Shown: positions 40,342 through 46,519 of the stretch, piece by piece
Numbering within the stretch: the stretch's first letter is position 1
How the letters are laid out: each line of letters opens with the position of its first letter
Source: a virus
Lineage: Duplodnaviria > Heunggongvirae > Uroviricota > Caudoviricetes
DNA: 64,000 nt
Strand: one strand, 5' to 3'
IMG/VR virus record: IMGVR_UViG_3300012933_000388
Span: 1-64,000 of that record
Notes under the pieces: model-generated
What the model was told of the DNA's origin: nothing
What the model saw: only the letters and a program-made list of their open reading frames with translations
Database searches by the model: none
Position numbers and translations under genes: made by a program

Positions 40342-40583
40342 AAAACATCATCATTCTGTCAGACTTTGAATTTGACCAAATCGCTCCGGATCTCAGCCTA
40401 GAAGCACGTGCCTCTGCATGGGAGCTATGGCGAGACGACCTCACTACTGCGTTGTCCAGAGATCAGCTAATCATCGGTGCCAATAGCATCCTATACTACT
40501 TCGGTTCTAAAGTGCTGATCACTGATGTTGATTGGAGCGCGCCAGACAACTGTTTCCTGTGGGAAGTGGAACAAGACCAATAA
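40338..40583 (+). CDS. hypothetical protein
   Basis: ATGA overlap start preferred over the ORF-track 40257. Confidence 0.5.
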   Translation: MKNIIILSDFEFDQIAPDLSLEARASAWELWRDDLTTALSRDQLIIGANSILYYFGSKVLITDVDWSAPDNCFLWEVEQDQ

Positions 40584-40587
40584 TCTG

Positions 40588-40616
40588 TTGTTGGTCTAAC
40601 GTTTTCGTCATATAAT
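40588..40616 (+). promoter_or_regulatory. early promoter cassette (divergent copy)
   Basis: TTGTTG-N17-TATAAT-AGAGTCA. Confidence 0.5.
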
Positions 40617-40650
40617 AGAGTCATCACTTAACAACACAGAGGTTATTATT

Positions 40651-41601
40651 ATGGCACATATGGTCGAGACGATGGCATACGCTGGTGAAACGCCATGGCA
40701 CGGTTTGGGCGTGCAGGTACCAGCAGACTTATCTCCAGCTCAGATGCTGGAAAAAGCTGGCTTGGACTGGACGGTAGAAAAAGTTCCTGCTTTCGCAGAA
40801 ATCGGCGGGAAAAAAACCTCGGTCGGCTGGAGCGCTCTTGTCCGTAGTAATGATGAGAAAGTATTGTCTGTAGTTTCTAATGATTGGAACCCGGTCCAGA
40901 ACCATGAAGCTTTTGAATTCTTCCATGAATATTGCGCTGTTGGTGATATGGAAATGAATACCGCCGGTTCTTTGCGTGATGGCCAGATCGTTTGGGGCCT
41001 TGCTAAAGTAAAACAGTCTTTTGAGCTCTTTAAGGGCGATACAGTCGAGTCATATTTGCTGTTTACTAACCCTCATAAGTTCGGTCAATCGATTGACGTC
41101 CGCTTTACACCTATTCGCGTCGTCTGTAATAACACATTGACGCTGTCACTCGAGCAAAAAGCCGACCGAGTCGTCAAGAAAAGCCACCGTACACAGTTTG
41201 ATCCTAACATGGTCAAAGAGCAACTTGGCATTGCAACGGATAAACTGGCAAAATACAAGGAAATGGCTCAATTCTTGGGTAGCAAGCGCTACAACAACGA
41301 GTCTCTGACCGACTATTTTAACAAAATCTTCCCTGTTATCGCATACAACAAGGAAAAAGGCCCCCAGCGTAAGATTTTATCTAAGTCTGCCGAGCGTGCA
41401 TTGGAAGTTATCCACACACAACCTGGTGCTAACTACGCTGAAGGTTCATGGTGGCAAGCGTTTAACGCAGTGACATACCTGACTGACCACGAAATTGGTC
41501 GCTCTACCGACACTCGTTTACAATCGGCATGGTTCGGACCCAATAAGAACCTGAAATTAAAGGCGCTGGAGACAGCAGTTGAAATGGCGGAGATGGCATA
41601 A
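40651..41601 (+). CDS. DUF932 / phage-plasmid-like protein (TIGR03299-type)
   Basis: N-terminal MAYAGETPWHGLG...AGLDWTVEK is the hallmark of the DUF932 family. Confidence 0.6.
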   Translation: MAHMVETMAYAGETPWHGLGVQVPADLSPAQMLEKAGLDWTVEKVPAFAEIGGKKTSVGWSALVRSNDEKVLSVVSNDWNPVQNHEAFEFFHEYCAVGDMEMNTAGSLRDGQIVWGLAKVKQSFELFKGDTVESYLLFTNPHKFGQSIDVRFTPIRVVCNNTLTLSLEQKADRVVKKSHRTQFDPNMVKEQLGIATDKLAKYKEMAQFLGSKRYNNESLTDYFNKIFPVIAYNKEKGPQRKILSKSAERALEVIHTQPGANYAEGSWWQAFNAVTYLTDHEIGRSTDTRLQSAWFGPNKNLKLKALETAVEMAEMA

Positions 41602-41931
41602 ATGGAATTCCACTTTACAAAAGTTAAACGTGTGCGTAAAGCACCTGCAGTAACCAAAGCTGAAAAGCTTTTGAAGATGATGCAAAACGGCGAACGAGGC
41701 TCAATGGAGTACTTTGCTCGCAAATTGAAGACTTCTAAGGATGGCGTACGCAGCTTTGTCTGCCACTTGCGCAAGCAAGGCCATAATATCTTCAATCGAG
41801 CTGTTGATGGTTCATTGCGCAAGACAGAATACTTCCTTGCAAAGAAGGGAATGCAGGAACAAGTCGTTCTCAATAAGGTACGCCACACAATGAATGTACC
41901 AAAAGGATCACATATCCTTAAAATTCGTTGA
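41602..41931 (+). CDS. hypothetical basic protein, possible winged-helix DNA binder
   Basis: TAAATG junction. Basic helical pattern. Confidence 0.45.
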   Translation: MEFHFTKVKRVRKAPAVTKAEKLLKMMQNGERGSMEYFARKLKTSKDGVRSFVCHLRKQGHNIFNRAVDGSLRKTEYFLAKKGMQEQVVLNKVRHTMNVPKGSHILKIR

Positions 41932-41957
41932 TTTTGATTGTGAATTGACTATATACT

Positions 41958-41990
41958 GGGGTCAGGGTGCAATGCCTCGACCCCTTTTCT
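41958..41990 (+). terminator. rho-independent terminator
   Basis: GGGGTC...GACCCC hairpin followed by ttttct. Confidence 0.6.
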
Positions 41991-42042
41991 GTCTTTAATA
42001 TTAGGATGCTAGACAGACGTCCGTAACAATTAGGAGTATGTA

Positions 42043-42882
42043 ATGATGTACAATAACAAAATGGTCGCCGTTATCAAGACTGGTGGCAGAGTTCTTCGCG
42101 AAGCGGACAGCACAGTCTACCTTCCATTCGGATGCGAGTATTCGATCCTTCTCAAAAACCTCAACACCGTTCGCGCTGAAGTCAAAATCACAATCGATGA
42201 TGTGGATGTCCTTGGTGGCAATACGATTGTCGTCAATGCTAATGACAGAGTAGAGCTTGAGCGTTTCCTCAAAGACCTTTCTAAAGGTAACCGATTCAAA
42301 TTCATCGAGCGTTCTGCTAGCGTAGAAGAGCATCGTGGCGTCGGTGCTACCGATGGCCTGATCCGCATTGAATGGCAATTCGAAAAGCCACGTCCAATTT
42401 ATACCGCTCGCCCAGATCCATTCCCACAATGGGGCGGCCAAACACCATCGCAATGGCTTACCGCTTCTGGGTATAATGTCAACGGTGTGATGCGTAGCGT
42501 CGATTTCAGCAATGGTGAGGCTACTAAGGCATATGCATCCGCTGCTGCAGATGTTACATTAGCACAGATGGGGTATGCGACAAACAGCGAAGTGCATGAT
42601 GGCATGGCAACAATGGATTGTGCATTTGCCGCACCTGCTAATGATGTTGGTATTACTGTTCCAGGATCAATGTCCGGTCAGAAGTTCACTACAGTCGCTT
42701 CGTTCCCATTGGAAGAACAAAAATACGCAATGGTGTTGCAACTGAAGGGCGAAACAGCGGATAATAAGGTAACGGCTCCTGTGACCGTAAAGGCTAAACC
42801 AAAGTGTGTAACTTGTGGTAAGGTAAATAAGGCCACAGCAAAGTTTTGTTCTAATTGTGGAACAGCATTAGAGATCGTATAA
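42043..42882 (+). CDS. hypothetical protein with C-terminal zinc-ribbon
   Basis: TAGGAG SD. C-terminal CVTCGKVNKATAKFCSNCG. Confidence 0.6.
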   Translation: MMYNNKMVAVIKTGGRVLREADSTVYLPFGCEYSILLKNLNTVRAEVKITIDDVDVLGGNTIVVNANDRVELERFLKDLSKGNRFKFIERSASVEEHRGVGATDGLIRIEWQFEKPRPIYTARPDPFPQWGGQTPSQWLTASGYNVNGVMRSVDFSNGEATKAYASAAADVTLAQMGYATNSEVHDGMATMDCAFAAPANDVGITVPGSMSGQKFTTVASFPLEEQKYAMVLQLKGETADNKVTAPVTVKAKPKCVTCGKVNKATAKFCSNCGTALEIV

Positions 42883-43025
42883 TGAAAAGCATGAAGCAAG
42901 CAGCTAATTTTAAGATGCGTGGTAGAATTACCATGCGTTGCCATTGCCGCTGCTGCGAGGTTTTTAATCCGAAGTGGGCATATCGTATGAAAATGGCTGC
43001 CAAGGATATAAAAGAATTGTTGTAA
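42882..43025 (+). CDS. small basic Cys-rich protein (47 aa)
   Basis: TAATG junction. CHCRCC motif. Ends immediately before the tmRNA acceptor piece. Confidence 0.35.
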   Translation: MKSMKQAANFKMRGRITMRCHCRCCEVFNPKWAYRMKMAAKDIKELL

Positions 43026-43080
43026 TCCCTTCAAAGAGAAGGACTTCTGGACGCGGGTTCGACTCCCGCCATCTCCACCA
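43026..43080 (+). ncRNA. ssrA: tmRNA acceptor piece (3' half of a permuted ssrA gene); 5' boundary uncertain
   Basis: GCGGG-TTCGACT-CCCGC T-arm, 3' acceptor strand CATCTCC and encoded ACCA (43077-43080). Complementary to GGGGATG at 43219. Confidence 0.8.
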
Positions 43081-43218
43081 AAAGTAATCACCGAAGTGAC
43101 TAGGAATAAAAGCGGTCATCGAGTTAGGGCATCAGGTCAAGACTGTGTTAGTAGTGTGGACAGCCTCCCTAACCGACCACTAAGGCGAGTGGTTGAGAAT
43201 GCAACGATTACTTTTGAT
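43081..43218 (+). other. structured intervening segment of the permuted tmRNA precursor
   Basis: AAAGTAATC (43081-89) pairs with GATTACTTT (43206-14). Internal helices GTTAGGG/CCCTAAC and ACCACT/AGTGGT. Confidence 0.6.
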
Positions 43219-43455
43219 GGGGATGCCATGGTTTCGACAGGGGTAGATATTAGAGACGGCAACACGGTAGGCGATGACCGCAAATCAAGCAAATAAAAGT
43301 AACTGCAAACGAAAGCTCTTACGCATTGGCAGCCTAAACGCTGACTAGGGTTTCGGATGGTTTCCTCGTAACAGAATAACCATCCACTAATATATCAGAC
43401 ACGTTGCCCATTAGAGGCCCTGTATGGTCTAGCAGTACCATCAAAGAAACTGCTA
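43219..43455 (+). ncRNA. ssrA: tmRNA coding piece (5' half of the permuted ssrA gene); 3' boundary uncertain
   Basis: GGGGATGCCATGGTTTCGACAGGGG 5' end. Tag ORF GCAAACGAAAGCTCTTACGCATTGGCAGCCTAA (43305-43337, ANESSYALAA*). Helix 43355-62/43378-85 and H-type pseudoknot 43424-43455. Confidence 0.8.
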
Positions 43456-43503
43456 ATATTGCTTATCATAAGTAATAGACCAAATCAAATAGATGGAGAT
43501 TCA

Positions 43504-43644
43504 ATGTCGCTCATCCCACAAGATAAACTAGCAACAGATTTCTGGCAACACAACTGTGAAGCAAAAGAAGGTGCTGTAGTTTATAACGAAAAGGGCAAAC
43601 CTTGCCCCTACTGCTCGGCAACCGAGCCCAAGCCAACCAAATAA
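43504..43644 (+). CDS. small hypothetical protein (46 aa)
   Basis: GATGGAGA SD then ATG 43504. CPYC motif. Confidence 0.4.
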   Translation: MSLIPQDKLATDFWQHNCEAKEGAVVYNEKGKPCPYCSATEPKPTK

Positions 43645-43701
43645 GGCTTGTTAACCCCAATGATTCGCTAGTGCCACTTTTGTGGTGAGTACACATGCCA
43701 G

Positions 43702-43730
43702 TCGACTTTTCGGCTTGGGCATAGTATAAT
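43702..43730 (+). promoter_or_regulatory. sigma70-type promoter
   Basis: TCGACT-N17-TATAAT upstream of the lysis genes. Confidence 0.4.
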
Positions 43731-43755
43731 AGCTGATCTGACTAGGAGGTGCATT

Positions 43756-44328
43756 ATGCATTCAACAGCTGTAAACGCTGTCGATAAGACGGTGGTACAA
43801 CTTATCAGGGCCGTGTGCTTTGTTATTGGTGTAACTGTCGTTATATCTGCTTTAAGACTCGCTATTGACTATCGTACTGAAAATACAGTTGCGCCAGTAG
43901 TCAATACATCCGCAAGAGAAATCGAAACCCAGCTTACGTGCCTAGCACGGAACATTTACTGGGAAGCTGCATCCGAACCTTTTGAAGGCAAGGTCGCTGT
44001 AGCACAAGTCACAATGAACCGCATGAATAGCGGTAAGTTCCCAGACACAGTCTGTGGAGTTGTCCACCAGAAGACGACTGTGTATAATAAGATCGTCTGC
44101 CAATTCTCGTGGCTATGTGAAAATAACTATCGTACACGTCCCATACACCGTAAGATGTATGAGGAAAGTGAAGAAGTTGCTAAGATGGTGATGTTAGAGG
44201 GCTTCCGTTTGAAGACATTGAACGATGCTTTGTATTATCACGCTGATTATGTCAACCCACGATGGAAGTTAGACAAAGTTACGCAGATTGGTCGTCATAT
44301 TTTCTATAAGGAAAAGAGCAATGGATAA
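43756..44328 (+). CDS. SleB-type cell wall hydrolase (Hydrolase_2) endolysin with N-terminal membrane anchor
   Basis: TAGGAGG SD. N-terminal TM IRAVCFVIGVTVVISALRLAI. NIYWEAASEPFEGKVAVAQVTMNR...CGVVHQ...QFSW family pattern. Confidence 0.7.
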   Translation: MHSTAVNAVDKTVVQLIRAVCFVIGVTVVISALRLAIDYRTENTVAPVVNTSAREIETQLTCLARNIYWEAASEPFEGKVAVAQVTMNRMNSGKFPDTVCGVVHQKTTVYNKIVCQFSWLCENNYRTRPIHRKMYEESEEVAKMVMLEGFRLKTLNDALYYHADYVNPRWKLDKVTQIGRHIFYKEKSNG

Positions 44329-44608
44329 GTTGGAATCTATTAAAGAGTATCTCCGTCATATCTCGACGGAGACTATCGGATGGCTAGCTGTGATTATGAT
44401 TCACTGTAGTACGATTCCTCCTATCCTCGCTCTTCTGCTCGGCGTATCAGACCACCTACCTTCTATTGATGTGGTAGCGTTTATGTGGTTCGGTTTAATC
44501 TTGCTTTTCATCAAAGCTCTGATTACCAAAGATATGTTGAATGTTATTACTATTGGCGTGGGGTTCATCATCCAAGCCATGTTACTCGGATTATTGGTAT
44601 TCAAATAA
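44321..44608 (+). CDS. holin candidate (3 TM membrane protein)
   Basis: Overlaps the endolysin stop. Three hydrophobic helices. Position is the main argument. Confidence 0.5.
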   Translation: MDKLESIKEYLRHISTETIGWLAVIMIHCSTIPPILALLLGVSDHLPSIDVVAFMWFGLILLFIKALITKDMLNVITIGVGFIIQAMLLGLLVFK

Positions 44609-44847
44609 TGGAAGAACAAATCAATCAACTCATTAACGTCCAGGACTTCTTATTAAAGATCGAATCGATCTCACGCGAGAAGCGTTTAGACGCTATGGAC
44701 GCAGTACTGTGGTATTGTGCCAACTCAGGCCTCGAAATTGAGACCGCTGCTGAGCTTATTCGTAAGAATGCAAAGATGAAAGCTCGCATCAAAAACGATG
44801 CAGAGAACAATGGATATTTTCCTAAGACCGCAAAGCTACCAATTTAA
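44608..44847 (+). CDS. gp33: late transcription coactivator (T4 gp33-like)
   Basis: TAATG junction. LDAMDAVLWYCANSGLEIETAAELIRKNAKMKARIKNDAE parallels the T4 gp33 core (MSYLEATTAFLEENSIPETQFAKFI...). Confidence 0.5.
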   Translation: MEEQINQLINVQDFLLKIESISREKRLDAMDAVLWYCANSGLEIETAAELIRKNAKMKARIKNDAENNGYFPKTAKLPI

Positions 44848-44891
44848 CCTGAATTGATAATAATTTAAAATTATCACGAATTGATTATATT

Positions 44892-45476
44892 ATGAATGGA
44901 TACGAAGCGTACAAGTTATATGTTGCGATGAAGAACCACTTCAATTCGCAATCATATGACTACTTCAAGTACGGTGGCAAGACTCGGGCAAGTTTAGCCG
45001 CGTTTGAGAAACGGAACGATAAGCATTTCTTCAATGTCATTGGACGACATAAGGACTGCCAGAACTATATCCTCGCTAACATTGTTGAAGGTGGTCCCGA
45101 TCTTTGGGTCGGAGACATTGCCAACGAGCAACAAGCAGAGAGTGTGTATCTAAAGTGGAAAGCAAAGAACGAATCATTGACGTATAACTTTACGAATGAC
45201 TTGGATAAGATGCTTCCATCGTATGATGATAATTTGCTGGTGGAGCAGGGCCAGCATCCCCACTTATTGAAATTAGCAATGAGCAAAACAATTAACATTG
45301 AGACGCTCGTTATACTAAACGATATGTGTGGGTTCTTTAAGTATTGGTCTCGAAACATTACGGATCCTGTTGTTTGGCCTCGGTATAAGATGCTCGTCAA
45401 GAAGTACCGACCATTCGTTACATTTGATCAACAAAAAATGAAAAAAATTGTTGTAGATCACTTCAAAACCCAGTAA
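44892..45476 (+). CDS. gp59: helicase loader (T4 gp59-like)
   Basis: YEAYKLYVAMKNHFN..YDYFKY...AAFEKRNDKHFF...LANIVEG..DLWVGDI aligns with the T4 gp59 N-terminal domain. Immediately upstream of gp32 as in T4. Confidence 0.7.
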   Translation: MNGYEAYKLYVAMKNHFNSQSYDYFKYGGKTRASLAAFEKRNDKHFFNVIGRHKDCQNYILANIVEGGPDLWVGDIANEQQAESVYLKWKAKNESLTYNFTNDLDKMLPSYDDNLLVEQGQHPHLLKLAMSKTINIETLVILNDMCGFFKYWSRNITDPVVWPRYKMLVKKYRPFVTFDQQKMKKIVVDHFKTQ

Positions 45477-45559
45477 AGTAAGCTAAATAAACATGCAGGT
45501 TGCAAGACTTGCAATACAACGTTTATATTTTTAATACTCCGCATATATAAGGAAATACA

Positions 45560-46486
45560 ATGGCAGATTTTAGCTCCCTCAAGAAAAACAGCAAGTCACA
45601 ATTCGACAAGCTCGTATCAGAAGTTCAGAAACTGAACGCACCAGCCCAAGGCGGCAACTCCCAAGACGAAGACAAGTACTGGAAACCAGAAGTAGATAAA
45701 GCTGGTAACGGCTACGCTATTCTCCGTTTCTTACCAGCACCAGGTGGTGAGGACCTTCCATACGTCCGTATCTTCGACCATGGCTTCCAAGGCCCAGGTG
45801 GATGGTACATCGAGAAGTCTTTGACTACGCTTGGTGAAAAGGATCCAGTATCCGAATACAACAGCCAGTTGTGGAACTCAGGCATCGAAGCAAACAAAGA
45901 ACTCGTGCGTAAGCAAAAGCGTCGTTTGTCTTTCGTCTCTAACGTGTTGGTCGTTAAAGATCCAGCACACCCAGAGAACGAAGGTAAGGTCATGTTGTTC
46001 AAGTATGGCAAGAAGATCTGGGACAAGATCGAACTCGCTATGAACCCAGAGTTCGAAGATGAACAAAAGATCAACCCATTTGATATGTGGGAAGGTGCAA
46101 ACTTCAAACTCAAGATCCGTAAGGTTGAAGGCTATCGTAACTACGATAAGTCAGAGTTCGAAGCAGCAGCTCCTATCAGTCAAGATGATGATGAGTTGGA
46201 AGCAATTTGGAAACAAGAGCACTCACTTGCTGAGTTGGTCGATCCAAAGAACTTCAAGTCTTATGATGAATTGAAGGCCCGTCTCCACAAAGCCTTGGCT
46301 TTGGATGGTCGCACTCAACCACGTACGACGGCAGAGTCTTCAACTGCTCCATGGGACGACGAACCAGCAGCTCCAGCAGCTTCTGCTCCAGCGTTCAAGA
46401 CAGCAGCAGCTCGCCCAGCTCCAGCAGCAACAGTAGATGACGATGATGATTCATTGGACTTCTTCAAGAAGCTCGCAGAAGAGTAA
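45560..46486 (+). CDS. gp32: single-stranded DNA-binding protein (T4 gp32-like)
   Basis: DKAGNGYAILRFLPAP...HGFQGPGGWYIE...LVVKDPAHPENEGKVMLFKYGKKIWDKI aligns with T4 gp32. Acidic C-terminal tail DDDDDSLDFF. Confidence 0.85.
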   Translation: MADFSSLKKNSKSQFDKLVSEVQKLNAPAQGGNSQDEDKYWKPEVDKAGNGYAILRFLPAPGGEDLPYVRIFDHGFQGPGGWYIEKSLTTLGEKDPVSEYNSQLWNSGIEANKELVRKQKRRLSFVSNVLVVKDPAHPENEGKVMLFKYGKKIWDKIELAMNPEFEDEQKINPFDMWEGANFKLKIRKVEGYRNYDKSEFEAAAPISQDDDELEAIWKQEHSLAELVDPKNFKSYDELKARLHKALALDGRTQPRTTAESSTAPWDDEPAAPAASAPAFKTAAARPAPAATVDDDDDSLDFFKKLAEE

Positions 46487-46491
46487 AAAGT

Positions 46492-46516
46492 AAGGCCCCT
46501 TTCGGGGCCTTTTTTA
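46492..46516. terminator. bidirectional rho-independent terminator between convergent genes
   Basis: AAGGCCCC-tttc-GGGGCCTT flanked by A-run and T-run. Confidence 0.8.
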
Positions 46517-46519
46517 TTG

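Noticed and set aside
41433-42453. Minus-strand ORFs 41433-41888 (151 aa) and 42001-42453 (150 aa).
   Set aside because: They are antisense to the DUF932, HTH and zinc-ribbon genes, which have SDs and recognisable motifs. They have no independent signals.
43026-43080. The tmRNA 3'-end fragment could be read as a phage attP core, since many integrative elements target the 3' end of ssrA.
   Set aside because: A perfectly complementary 5' acceptor strand, a D-loop-like element, a complete tag reading frame and pseudoknots follow 139 nt downstream. This is therefore a full, permuted tmRNA gene rather than an att fragment. No integrase is present in the window.
42678-43296. ORF-track ORFs 43096-43296 (+, 66 aa) and 42678-43091 (-, 137 aa).
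   Set aside because: Both run through the tmRNA pieces and the structured spacer or the preceding coupled genes. Neither has an SD, and 42678-43091 is antisense to the well-supported genes 42043-42882 and 42882-43025.
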